This document shows positions 8,396-17,399 of a stretch of 55,834 bases of DNA, one piece after another. The notes under the pieces were generated by a model. The model made no database searches and was not told the origin of the DNA. It saw nothing but the letters and a program-made list of their open reading frames with translations. A program made the position numbers and the translations under genes. Position 1 is the stretch's first letter, and each line of letters begins with the position of its first letter. This stretch comes from Acidobacteriota bacterium. Lineage in GTDB: Bacteria > Acidobacteriota > Thermoanaerobaculia > UBA5066 > Gp7-AA6. The stretch spans positions 1-55,834 of the forward strand of contig JBKPBH010000019.1 in the NCBI GenBank assembly GCA_046726795.1, given 5' to 3'.

Positions 8396-10549
8396 TCACG
8401 CCAGCACCCAGGCGGCCTGCAGGAACAGGCCGACGAGGTACGCGGTCTTGGCGAAATACTTCGCGACGGCCCCGCCTCCCGCGGTATCCGCGGCGCCCTT
8501 GCCGGTCCGGAGCACGCGGGAGTCGTTTAATCGGTTCCACTCCCAGGCGTTGACGCGGTCGGGGTCCACGGCCGCCCACGCAAGCCTGGACTTGAAGCGG
8601 ATGCGCAGCCGGACCCAGCGAGCCTCGGCCGGGAGGGTCCGATTCACGACGGTGCCGTCCTCGAAGACGAGTCGGGCCTTCGCCTCGTGCGGCCATTCGC
8701 CCGTGTTGCCGAAGACCACGACGCTCTCGAAGACCTTTTCCTTCGCGTCCTTCTCCTTGCCCCGCTTCTCCTCCTTCGGCCGGACCTGCCGCCCCTTCTC
8801 GTAGGTCGCCCGCCCGCCCGGCAAGTCGAAGACACCGGAGTCCTTCGCTTCGTTCTCGCTCCGCGCCGAGACAACGCTCCAATCAAGCCGCGACGTTCCT
8901 TCCACCAGGTTGCGGCGGTAGGAAGACAGGTCGCGTCCGGAGACCTTCTCGAAGACATCGAAGAAGTCCGATGTCGAGGGGTGCCGGAAGGACCACTGCT
9001 GAAAATAGGCCCGTTGCGACCGCGCGAACGTCCCGGCGCCGAGGTCGTTTCGCAGCTGCGCGAGGAAGAGCCCGACCTTGGGATAGGAGTTGGTGCCGTA
9101 GGAGCCGCCGGAGAAGTAACGCCAGGCGAAGCGCCGGATCGGATCGAGGTTGGGGAGTCCCGCATAGGCGGCATGACCGTAGGCATACATGTCCAGCCCC
9201 ATGCTTCCGGGCAATGCGGCCGGGCGCGGGCCGTAGGCGAGCTGCATCGCGCGGTATTCCGAGTCGGTGTTGATCCCCTCATCGAGCCACGACTCTTCGA
9301 ACTCGTTGGAGCCCACCATTCCGTACCAGTACTGGTGCCCGAACTCGTGGATGGTCACGTCCTCGACGAGGCGCACGCGATCGAGCGGCCACCGCGAGAA
9401 GAGCTTGGGCGCGAGGCCGGTGATGAACGTCGGGTACTCCATGCCGCCCGCACCCAGGCCGTCCTCCGGCGGATCCACGACCGTCAGAGTTTCGTAGGGG
9501 TAGGCACCAAACCAGAGGCCGTAGAACGAGAGGGCTTCCTTCGTCGAGCGCACATAGCGGTCGCGAGCCGCCGCGTGCTCGGGTTCGAGCAAGAGACGCA
9601 CCGAAACGGGCTTCAGCGCGAGCTCCTCTTCCGGCACGCCGAGCTGCGAAGCCGCCAGCGCACTCCAGCCGCGCGGGATATCGCCGGGCGGCTCGAATCG
9701 GAACTCGTGGACGAGGAGGCGCGGGTCCGCGGTCCACGCGAAGTCGTGGACGTCGTCGGCAACGTACCGGAGGACCGTGCGGTCGCCCCGCTTCTCCGCG
9801 GAGACGCGTTTGCCCGTCGCCCCGACGACGGAGGAGGAGGGAACCGTCAGCGTGACGTCGTAATGCCCGTAGTCCGCGTAGAACTCCGAGTTGGCGTGGA
9901 AGGAATGGCAGTTCCAGCCGCCGCGCGCACGCCCCCTCATCCCGGCGGGCTCGTACACGCCGATCTTCGGAAACCACTGCCCCACGAGGTGGAAGTCGCG
10001 GACGTAACCCGTCCGGGCGAAGACGCGGGGGAGCTTGGAGCGGAAGGAGATCGAGACTGCGACCTCGCCGTGGGGGGCAACGGGGGAGGGCAGGGTGACC
10101 GAGAGCACGGTCTCGTCGGAAGCGGGTGTCCCGCCGGGGAAAGGATAACCGTCGGGCTGGAGGAACCGCGCCGAGGGCTTCAAGTCCGCGCCGGCGCCGG
10201 TCGCAATCGAGAGCACGTCGATGAAGCCCCAGTCCTCTGGCTTCGTCCCGGCCCTGTCCCTGCGGAGCTGTCCGCCCGACTCCCGCGCGAAGATTGAGCG
10301 GTTGTTCTTGAAGGCGTTCAAGTAGAGGTGGAACTGGAGCTCACCGACGGCGTCGCCCGAGGGATTCCTCCAAACCAGAATCTCCCGGCCCTCCACGGTG
10401 TGGGTCTTCCCGTCGAGGGTCGCCTGGATCGTGTACTCGACCACGGGTGGAGAGATGGGTGTGGCGGCCTGAAGAGCAGGGGCGAGCGCCAGCGCCACCA
10501 CGCCCAGAGGCAGGGCCAGGCGCCGCACGGCGCGGGAAAAACAAATCAC
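8396..10549 (-). CDS. M1 family zinc metallopeptidase (aminopeptidase N-like), secreted
   Basis: HEFGHQYWYG...(18 aa)...WLDEG is the gluzincin HEXXH-X18-E motif. N-terminal signal peptide MICFSRAVRRLALPLGVVALALAPALQA. Confidence 0.85.
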   Translation of the reverse strand: MICFSRAVRRLALPLGVVALALAPALQAATPISPPVVEYTIQATLDGKTHTVEGREILVWRNPSGDAVGELQFHLYLNAFKNNRSIFARESGGQLRRDRAGTKPEDWGFIDVLSIATGAGADLKPSARFLQPDGYPFPGGTPASDETVLSVTLPSPVAPHGEVAVSISFRSKLPRVFARTGYVRDFHLVGQWFPKIGVYEPAGMRGRARGGWNCHSFHANSEFYADYGHYDVTLTVPSSSVVGATGKRVSAEKRGDRTVLRYVADDVHDFAWTADPRLLVHEFRFEPPGDIPRGWSALAASQLGVPEEELALKPVSVRLLLEPEHAAARDRYVRSTKEALSFYGLWFGAYPYETLTVVDPPEDGLGAGGMEYPTFITGLAPKLFSRWPLDRVRLVEDVTIHEFGHQYWYGMVGSNEFEESWLDEGINTDSEYRAMQLAYGPRPAALPGSMGLDMYAYGHAAYAGLPNLDPIRRFAWRYFSGGSYGTNSYPKVGLFLAQLRNDLGAGTFARSQRAYFQQWSFRHPSTSDFFDVFEKVSGRDLSSYRRNLVEGTSRLDWSVVSARSENEAKDSGVFDLPGGRATYEKGRQVRPKEEKRGKEKDAKEKVFESVVVFGNTGEWPHEAKARLVFEDGTVVNRTLPAEARWVRLRIRFKSRLAWAAVDPDRVNAWEWNRLNDSRVLRTGKGAADTAGGGAVAKYFAKTAYLVGLFLQAAWVLA

Positions 10550-10598
10550 GCGGACGATCTCGCCGCCGAATCCTGATCGCGGGAGTTGGCGGAGTCAA

Positions 10599-10604
10599 TA
10601 CAAT
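10599..10604 (+). promoter_or_regulatory. -10-like hexamer TACAAT, 7 nt upstream of the SDR gene GTG (predicted leaderless)
   Basis: caaTACAATtcgagccGTG. No SD is present. It lies in the divergent intergenic region shared with the M1 peptidase gene. Confidence 0.35.
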
Positions 10605-10611
10605 TCGAGCC

Positions 10612-11610
10612 GTGCCCCGCCCGACCGTGTTCCTGACCGGAGGGACTGGTTTCGTCGGAGGCCACGTCGCTCGCGCCCTCTGCGAAGAAGGATGGGCGGT
10701 CCGAGCGTTCGCTCGAAGGACGCGGGCGCTGACCGAGGGGCTGTTGCGCGATCTTCCGCTCGAAGCCGTCGCGGGAGATTTCTCGGAGGCCTCGTGGCCG
10801 GCGGTCGTGGCAGCGCTCTCCGGTTGTCACGCCATTGTCCATGTGGCCGGTCTCGTCAAAGCGCGGTCGCTCGCGGAATACCGGGAGGTCAACGTGGCCG
10901 GGACCCGGCGCCTCCTCGAAGCCGCCGGGCGATCCTCGCCCGACGCGCTCTTCGTGCTCGTCTCGAGCCAGGCCGCGGCGGGCCCGGCCGTGGACGGGAG
11001 ACCGCGGACCGAGGAGGGTCCCGCGCAGCCCGTCTCCTGGTACGGGCGTTCGAAGCTCGAGGCGGAGCAACTCGTGGAGCGGGAGTGGAAGGGGCCCTGG
11101 ATCGTGCTGCGACCGGCCGTCATCTACGGGCCCGGGGATCGCGGGCTCCTGACGCTCTTTAGGGCGGCGGCGCGTGGCTGGGTCCCCGTTCCCGCGGGTC
11201 GTTCCCGGATCCAGCTGATCGAGGCTGCGAGAGCCGCGCGGGCGATCGCTCTGGTCGCCGCGCGAGCCGACCTGGCCGGCCGCACCGCTTTCCTCTGCGA
11301 TCCGGAGCCGGTCGCGATTTCCAGGCTCGCTGGCATGATCGCCCGCCTGCCCGAGCGTCCGGCCAGGCTCGTCCCCATGCCCGATGTTCTCGTGCGGCTG
11401 GCGGGGTTCGCGGCGACGCTTCGGGAGGCGCTCACTCATCGCTCGCTTCCGTTCAACGCGGACAAGGCCCGGGAGGTCCTGGCCGGCGACTGGCTCTGCG
11501 AGCCGGCCCTGATGCAGAAGCATCTGTCCGTGCCCCCCCCGTCTCCTCTGGAGTACGGACTGAAAAGCACCTGGGAATGGTACCGGCGCGAGGGGTGGCT
11601 GGTTTTGTAA
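10612..11610 (+). CDS. NAD-dependent epimerase/dehydratase family protein (extended SDR)
   Basis: Rossmann motif VFLTGGTGFVGGHV 5 aa after GTG 10612, and catalytic YGRSK (YxxxK). The upstream part of track ORF 10447..11610 overlaps the divergent peptidase gene. Confidence 0.8.
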   Translation: MPRPTVFLTGGTGFVGGHVARALCEEGWAVRAFARRTRALTEGLLRDLPLEAVAGDFSEASWPAVVAALSGCHAIVHVAGLVKARSLAEYREVNVAGTRRLLEAAGRSSPDALFVLVSSQAAAGPAVDGRPRTEEGPAQPVSWYGRSKLEAEQLVEREWKGPWIVLRPAVIYGPGDRGLLTLFRAAARGWVPVPAGRSRIQLIEAARAARAIALVAARADLAGRTAFLCDPEPVAISRLAGMIARLPERPARLVPMPDVLVRLAGFAATLREALTHRSLPFNADKAREVLAGDWLCEPALMQKHLSVPPPSPLEYGLKSTWEWYRREGWLVL

Positions 11611-11658
11611 AATTTGCTAAGATCGGCGGGAGGGGAATCCGGTCACAAGGTGGGAGGC

Positions 11659-12903
11659 ATGATGAGCAAACCCGCCCCGGCGTTGACTACCCGAGCGGAG
11701 AAGGCCTCCGCGTTCTTCGACAAGTGCTATCGGTATGAGGTGCCGGGGCGCGTCCGGGAGGCCGGGGTCTACTCCTTCTTCCGGGTCGTGGAATCGGCCC
11801 AGGACCCCGAGGTCACAATCGGGGGCCGCCGGCTCATCATGCTGGGATCGAACAATTACCTGGGCTTGACCAACGACCCGCGAGTCAAGGAGGCGGCGAT
11901 CGAAGCCGTCCGCCGGTACGGCTCGGGCAGCGCCGGCAGCCGCTTCTTGAACGGCACGCTCGACATTCACGTCCGCCTGGAGGACCGTCTGGCGGAGTTC
12001 ATGCGCCAGGAGGCGGCCGTCACGTTCGCAACGGGATTCCAGGTCAACCTGGGTGCCATTTCCTGCCTCGTGGGCAAGGGTGACACCGTCTATCTGGACA
12101 AGCAGGACCACGCCTGCATCATCGACGGGGCCCGCCTGTCCTTCGGAGACGTCCGCAAATTCCGACACAACGACGCGGCGGACCTCAAGCGTCAAATGAG
12201 GCAGGACATCGGCGCGAAGGGCCGCTTCATCGTCGTGGACGGTGTGTTCTCCATGGAAGGGGACATCGCTCCACTTCCCGAGATCCTGGCCGCGGCGCGG
12301 GAGTTCGGCGCGGGGCTCATGGTGGACGACGCGCACGGCATCGGAGTCCTGGGCCCGACGGGCCGCGGGACCTCGGAGCACTTCGGCCTGGAAGACGACG
12401 TGGACCTGATTATGGGCACGTTCTCCAAGTCCATGGCCTCCGTCGGAGGCTTCATCGCCGGGGGCGCGGTCGTCATCGACTACATCAAGCACCGCGCGCG
12501 GACCATGATCTTCTCCGCCGCGCCGCCTCCCGCCTCCGTCGCCGCCGCCCTGGCGACCCTGGAGATCATGGAAGGGGAGCCGGAGCGCCGCGCGAGACTC
12601 TGGAAGAACACCCGCTTCTTCCTGGAGGGATTGAAGGCTCTGGGGCTCAACACGGGCAACTCGGAGACGCCCGTCGTGCCGATCGTCGTCGGAGAGGACG
12701 CTGCGGCTCTCGCGATGGTGCAGCGGCTCCACGAAGCCGGTGTCTTCGTCAACTGTGTCCTGTCGCCGGCCACGCCGCCCGGCCGCGCTCTGATCCGGAC
12801 CTCGCTCATGGCCACTCACACGACCGACCAGCTCTCGCGAGCGCTGGAAGCCATCGAGAAGGTCGCGCGGCAGGTCGGCCTGATTCGCGCCGTCGAGGTG
12901 TGA
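11659..12903 (+). CDS. PLP-dependent alpha-oxoamine synthase, serine palmitoyltransferase-like
   Basis: SNNYLGL, GSGSAGSRFLNGT, DHACIIDG, VVDGVFSMEGD, MVDDAHG, and the PLP-lysine motif GTFSKSMASVGGF. That motif is the SPT type GTFSKS, not the GTLGKA/GTLSKA of Kbl/BioF. ATG 11659 is preceded by GGGAGG. Confidence 0.85.
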   Translation: MMSKPAPALTTRAEKASAFFDKCYRYEVPGRVREAGVYSFFRVVESAQDPEVTIGGRRLIMLGSNNYLGLTNDPRVKEAAIEAVRRYGSGSAGSRFLNGTLDIHVRLEDRLAEFMRQEAAVTFATGFQVNLGAISCLVGKGDTVYLDKQDHACIIDGARLSFGDVRKFRHNDAADLKRQMRQDIGAKGRFIVVDGVFSMEGDIAPLPEILAAAREFGAGLMVDDAHGIGVLGPTGRGTSEHFGLEDDVDLIMGTFSKSMASVGGFIAGGAVVIDYIKHRARTMIFSAAPPPASVAAALATLEIMEGEPERRARLWKNTRFFLEGLKALGLNTGNSETPVVPIVVGEDAAALAMVQRLHEAGVFVNCVLSPATPPGRALIRTSLMATHTTDQLSRALEAIEKVARQVGLIRAVEV

Positions 12904-12981
12904 GGGAAAGTCTCCGCGGTCGGCCCTCCGTTGCCAGTTCTGAACAGCCCCCGTCTTCGACCCGCTGAAAGCTGAAAGCCG

Positions 12982-14124
12982 ATGGCTGACGGCGCCCTCG
13001 AGATTGAACCCATCTCGCGCTCGAAGCGCGATCTCTCGCGCTTCTTCGACGTGGCCGACCGCGTCTACTGTGGCGATCCCAACTGGGTGCCGCCACTGCG
13101 CGACGACGTCGCGAAGGTCTTCTCGAAGAAAAACCCCTTCTTCGATCACGCCGAGATCCAACTCTTCGTGGCGCGTCGCGGCGACAGAGACGTCGGCCGG
13201 ATCGCGGCGACCATTGACCGCAGCCACAACGATTTCCATGGAGAGAAAACCGGCTTCTTCGGCTTCTTCGAGTCGATCGACGATCGGGAGGTCTCCGGCG
13301 CGCTGTTCGAGACCGCCTCCGGCTGGGCGCGGGAGAGGGGGATGGAGACTCTTCGGGGCCCCGCCAACCCGAGCATGAACGACGAGGCCGGACTCCTCGT
13401 CGAAGGATTCGGCAAGCCACCCGTTCTCATGATGACCTACAACCCCCGCTATTACGTGGATCTGGTCGAAGAGGCCGGTTTCCGGAAGGCCAAGGATCTC
13501 CTGGCCTGCTGGTTCGAGATCGGGACCGAGCCGCTGGCGCATTTCACTCGCATCAACGAGAGATTCCGGCGACGGACTCCGGACGTCATCGTGCGGAAGG
13601 TCTCGAAGAAGAGCCTGGCGGCGGACCTGCCGAAGATCCGGGAGGTCTACAACGAGGCCTGGGAGAAGAACTGGGGCTTCGTGCCGATGACACCGGAGGA
13701 GATGGGCTTCATGGCGGCGCGCTTGAGGCCGCTCTTGGACGAGAACTTCCTCTTCCTGGGGGAAGCCAGGAGAGCGGATGGATCGCTCGAGCCGGTCGCC
13801 TTCATGCTCTCCCTGCCCGACTACAACCAGGCAATCCAGCCCCTGGGCGGCCGGCTTCTGCCGTTTGGATGGCTGAAGTTCCTCCTGGGGATCAAGAAGA
13901 TCAACAGACTCCGTGTGGTCACGCTCGGCTTGAAGAAGGACTACCGGATGCGCGGCATTCAATCCATCATGTTCGAAGAGGGCCTTCGTGCGGCCTTGAA
14001 GCGCGGGTTCACCGGATGCGAGGTCTCCTGGATGCTGGAGGACAATGAGCTCGTGCTCAGGTCCGTCCGTCTCTGGGGCGGAAGGCCTTACAAGACTTAC
14101 CGCATGTACGACAAGAAACTGTAG
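12982..14124 (+). CDS. large GNAT-like N-acyltransferase (function unknown; candidate ceramide-synthase-type enzyme)
   Basis: 380 aa. The central block ARERGMETLRGPANPSMNDEAGLLVEGF...MMTYNPRYYVDLVEEAGF resembles the acyl-CoA N-acyltransferase fold family annotated as GNAT. The assignment is by recognition only. Confidence 0.65.
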   Translation: MADGALEIEPISRSKRDLSRFFDVADRVYCGDPNWVPPLRDDVAKVFSKKNPFFDHAEIQLFVARRGDRDVGRIAATIDRSHNDFHGEKTGFFGFFESIDDREVSGALFETASGWARERGMETLRGPANPSMNDEAGLLVEGFGKPPVLMMTYNPRYYVDLVEEAGFRKAKDLLACWFEIGTEPLAHFTRINERFRRRTPDVIVRKVSKKSLAADLPKIREVYNEAWEKNWGFVPMTPEEMGFMAARLRPLLDENFLFLGEARRADGSLEPVAFMLSLPDYNQAIQPLGGRLLPFGWLKFLLGIKKINRLRVVTLGLKKDYRMRGIQSIMFEEGLRAALKRGFTGCEVSWMLEDNELVLRSVRLWGGRPYKTYRMYDKKL

Positions 14125-14221
14125 GTCTTGGAGCGAGCGGCCGCCCAGGTCGTGCCCCACGCACCGTAGGGGCGGGCGTCGCGCCCGCCCGCCTCTCTCC
14201 GGCCCGCCGAGTCGTCGAGAC

Positions 14222-14244
14222 GGTGGCGCGCTGGTTGCGCCACC
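14222..14244 (+). terminator. hairpin downstream of the GNAT-like gene
   Basis: GGTGGCGC-gctggtt-GCGCCACC followed by gcctttctc. Confidence 0.4.
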
Positions 14245-14350
14245 GCCTTTCTCGATCGTGACTCTGTTGCACGACCGTAGCAGTCGTGTCGAGGTGTGGC
14301 GCCAGCGAAGGGATCGGCTTTCCCGACCTGGTGGCGAAACGAGCAGAGAC

Positions 14351-14371
14351 GGGCGGCCGCAAAGGCCGCCC
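14351..14371 (-). terminator. hairpin immediately after the PAP2 gene stop
   Basis: GGGCGGCC-gcaaa-GGCCGCCC abuts the stop codon at 14372-14374. It is part of an inverted pair of CCGTAGGGGCGG REP-like motifs. Confidence 0.4.
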
Positions 14372-15256
14372 CTACGGCGCGTCGGGAACGCGGAGGCCCG
14401 GAGCGCCTGTCCAGCAGTCGTAGAGACGGTCGCCCAGCGGAACCGCCACGAATGCCAGTAACGCGCCGGCGATCACGTCCACGACATAGTGATACCGGCA
14501 ATAGACCGTCGAGACGACGAGGCAGGCCGCGATCGGAAGCAACCACCAGAAGGCATCCCGCGCCCGCTGGAAGGCCGCGATCAGGACCACGACCGCGATC
14601 ATGGTGTGCCCCGAAGGGAAGACGTCGGACTTGGTGCGCTCGAGTTCATCGAGTGTAGAGGAAACCGTTCGCGAGAGAGCCGTCGCTTCGAGCGGGACCG
14701 TGTGCAGGGAGGCGAGGGCGACCCGGGGACCCAGCGCCGGAAGGAGGAAGTAGCCGGCGTAGGAGATCAGGTAGGAAACCGTGAGCATGAAGATGAAACG
14801 TCGGGCGGCCGGCCGGCTCCGCAACCAGAGCACGGCCCCGAGCGCGATCGCGATGAAGTAGTAGGTCAGATAAGCGACGAAGAAAAGGTCCGTCAGAGCG
14901 GGACGCACGAACCTCTGGAGCCAGACGGTTGGATCCGTTCCGAGCAGGGCGCGGTCGGCAGCGATCAGAAGATCGTCGCAGGCCACGGGCCGGGCGGCCG
15001 AGATCAGGGGCCCCAGGCTCTCGTAGAGAATCGGAATGAACGCGATCGGATAGAAATTCAGGAGAATCCGCGCCGTGGCGGGCAACCGGTCTTCCCGCCG
15101 GGCCGCGGCCGCCGCGGCGACGAGTCCGGCGGCCATGGCCGCGTAGCGAAGGAGCATGCTCCCGGCCTCCGGCACACGCCCATTGAGCCAGAGCGTCAGC
15201 GCGGTGAGAACGGCGAGGGTTCCGAAGTTCACGACTTCCAGCGGCCGCAGGCGCAC
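14372..15256 (-). CDS. PAP2 superfamily membrane protein (lipid phosphate phosphatase / sphingomyelin-IPC synthase-like)
   Basis: Polytopic protein with C-terminal motifs FPSGHTM and CRYHYVVDVIAG. These match the SGH and HYxxD(V) catalytic motifs of the LPP/SMS/Aur1 family. Confidence 0.8.
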   Translation of the reverse strand: MRLRPLEVVNFGTLAVLTALTLWLNGRVPEAGSMLLRYAAMAAGLVAAAAAARREDRLPATARILLNFYPIAFIPILYESLGPLISAARPVACDDLLIAADRALLGTDPTVWLQRFVRPALTDLFFVAYLTYYFIAIALGAVLWLRSRPAARRFIFMLTVSYLISYAGYFLLPALGPRVALASLHTVPLEATALSRTVSSTLDELERTKSDVFPSGHTMIAVVVLIAAFQRARDAFWWLLPIAACLVVSTVYCRYHYVVDVIAGALLAFVAVPLGDRLYDCWTGAPGLRVPDAP

Positions 15257-15314
15257 GCTCGCATTTATAGCGCGATTGGCCGCGCTCGGCCCGGACGCGC
15301 CCTCCCGCCCGCGA

Positions 15315-15320
15315 TAGAAT
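15315..15320 (+). promoter_or_regulatory. -10-like hexamer TAGAAT, 10 nt upstream of the nfeD ATG
   Basis: gcgaTAGAATtcgtttctccATG. No SD is present. Confidence 0.35.
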
Positions 15321-15330
15321 TCGTTTCTCC

Positions 15331-16638
15331 ATGAGAGGGAGTCTCTGGGCGCTCGCGGCTTGCCTTTTCGCGGGAAGCGCTTTTGCGGCAGGCGGCGCTT
15401 CCGCCTCCAAACCGCTCGTCGTGGCTGGCCGCATCGAAACGCCGATCCACCCGGCCGCCGCGAACTACCTGAACAAGCTCGTCCGCGGGGCGGAGCGGGA
15501 CGGCGCGAGACTCATCGTGCTCGGTCTCTCGACCCCGGGAGGGCTCCTGACCTCGACCCGCGAGATGGCCTCGACGATCCTGCAATCGAAAGTCCCGGTC
15601 GTCACCTTCGTGTCTCCCTCGGGCGCCTCCGCGGCGTCGGCAGGGTTCTTTCTCCTGCTCGCGGGAGATGTGGCCGCCATGGCCCCCGGGACGAACACGG
15701 GCGCCGCTCATCCGGTCGCCGGAGAAGGCCAGGACCTGCCGAAGACGTTGAACGAGAAGGCGGAACAGGATGCCCGCGCCTTCATCCGGAGTCTCGCCAA
15801 TCAGCGCGGGCGCAACGCGGACCAGGCCGAGTCCGCCGTGACCTCGAGCCGCTCCTTCACCGAGACCGAGGCGAAGCAGGCCAAACTGATCGAGGTCATC
15901 GCCCGGGACGTGCCGGACCTCGTCGCGCAGCTCGACGGACGGACGGTTCGCCGGGTCGGGGAGAAGGAAGACGTCCTGAGGCTCAAGGATGCGCGGATCG
16001 AGAGCCGGGAGATGAGCGGACTGGAGAAGACCTTGGGCGTCGTCTCGCATCCGAACGTGGCCTACATCCTCTTCCTTCTGGGTCTCGTGGGGCTCTACTT
16101 CGAGATGTCGAGCCCGGGCGCGGTGCTGCCGGGGATCGTTGGGGGGATCGCGCTGCTTCTCGCCCTCTACGCCTTCTCCGTCCTTCCGGTCAACTTCGCC
16201 GGGATCGCGCTCATCCTCTTCGCGGTCCTGCTCTTCGTCCTCGAGGTCAAGGCGGCGAGCCACGGCGTGCTGGCGGCCGGGGGAGCGATCGCGCTGCTCG
16301 CGGGCTCACTGCTCCTCTTCTCCGGGCGCGGGGAGCAGGGCTATCGGGTGGACCTCGCGATCGTGCTCCCCGCGGTCGCGATGACCCTTTCGGTCGTAGG
16401 CTTCCTGACGTTCAAGACGATCTCGCTCCGGCGGGCTCCTGTCCGCACCGGATCCGTCAGCCTGGTCGGAAAGAACGCGCGGGTCGTTCGCGCGCTTCCA
16501 GAATCCGAGGAGGCCGGTACGGTGCTGATCGAGGGAGAGTACTGGGATGCCTACGGAGCGCCGGGAGCGGCCCCCGGCGAGACCGTCCGGGTCGTCGGTG
16601 TCGAGGGGTTGAAGCTCCGAGTCGAACGGAGGACGTGA
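15331..16638 (+). CDS. NfeD family membrane-bound ClpP-class serine protease
   Basis: Signal peptide, then an N-terminal ClpP-like domain ([23 protein letters not shown]), a central block of TM helices and a C-terminal OB-like NfeD domain ([13 protein letters not shown]...[16 protein letters not shown]). It is immediately followed by a stomatin gene. Confidence 0.85.
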   Translation: MRGSLWALAACLFAGSAFAAGGASASKPLVVAGRIETPIHPAAANYLNKLVRGAERDGARLIVLGLSTPGGLLTSTREMASTILQSKVPVVTFVSPSGASAASAGFFLLLAGDVAAMAPGTNTGAAHPVAGEGQDLPKTLNEKAEQDARAFIRSLANQRGRNADQAESAVTSSRSFTETEAKQAKLIEVIARDVPDLVAQLDGRTVRRVGEKEDVLRLKDARIESREMSGLEKTLGVVSHPNVAYILFLLGLVGLYFEMSSPGAVLPGIVGGIALLLALYAFSVLPVNFAGIALILFAVLLFVLEVKAASHGVLAAGGAIALLAGSLLLFSGRGEQGYRVDLAIVLPAVAMTLSVVGFLTFKTISLRRAPVRTGSVSLVGKNARVVRALPESEEAGTVLIEGEYWDAYGAPGAAPGETVRVVGVEGLKLRVERRT

Positions 16639-17399
16639 TGAGTCAGATCTTCCCCGGGTTCGTGTTCGCCGGGTTCGTCCTGCTCCTCTTCGTGTTCAAG
16701 TGGATCAACATTCTGAAGGAGTACGAGCGCGCGGTGACCTTCTGGCTCGGGCGCCTCTCGCGCCAGCCCAAGGGACCGGGGCTCGTGCTGATCTTCTGGC
16801 CGGTCGAGACGATGGTGCGGATCTCGCTCCGCACGATCGTCCACGACGTGCCGGCGCAGGACATCATCACGAAAGACAACGTCTCGGTGAAGGTCAACGC
16901 GGTCGTCTACTTCCGCGTCGTCGAGCCGGACAAGGCCGTGGTCCAGGTGGAAAACTACCTCTACGCGACCTCCCAGCTGGCCCAGACGACCCTGCGCAGC
17001 GTGCTCGGCCAGGCCACGCTGGACGAGCTCCTCTCCGAGCGGGAGAAGCTGAACGTCTCGCTCCAGAAGGTCATCGACGAGCACACGCAACCCTGGGGGA
17101 TCAAGGTCTCGCTCGTCGAGGTCAAACAGGTGGACCTGCCCATCGAGATGCAGCGCGCCATGGCCAAGCAGGCGGAGGCCGAGCGGGAGAAGAGGGCCAA
17201 GATCATCCATGCGGAGGGGGAATTCCAGGCGGCCGCCCAGCTCTCTCGGGCCGCGGAAGTCATCGGGCGCGAGCCGGCGACCCTGCAGCTTCGCTACCTC
17301 CAGACCCTGACTGAGCTCGCCAGCGAAAAGAACTCGACGATCGTTTTTCCTCTGCCGATCGAGCTGATGCGTGCCTTCCTGCCCGGAGACAAGAAGTAA
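16638..17399 (+). CDS. SPFH/band 7 protein (stomatin-like)
   Basis: ATG 16638 overlaps the nfeD stop (TGATG). [49 protein letters not shown] and [16 protein letters not shown] are typical of prokaryotic stomatin. Confidence 0.9.
   Translation: MSQIFPGFVFAGFVLLLFVFKWINILKEYERAVTFWLGRLSRQPKGPGLVLIFWPVETMVRISLRTIVHDVPAQDIITKDNVSVKVNAVVYFRVVEPDKAVVQVENYLYATSQLAQTTLRSVLGQATLDELLSEREKLNVSLQKVIDEHTQPWGIKVSLVEVKQVDLPIEMQRAMAKQAEAEREKRAKIIHAEGEFQAAAQLSRAAEVIGREPATLQLRYLQTLTELASEKNSTIVFPLPIELMRAFLPGDKK

Noticed and set aside
11617-14160. 847-aa ORF on the minus strand. Similar long antisense or alternative-frame ORFs include 3693..4916, 28535..29653, 31502..32860, 42953..45133, 47381..50332 and 49089..50720.
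   Set aside because: They lie exactly opposite or out of frame to genes with clear homology. Their products are Arg/Gly/Pro/Asp-rich low-complexity sequence typical of GC-rich shadow frames. No motifs are recognisable.
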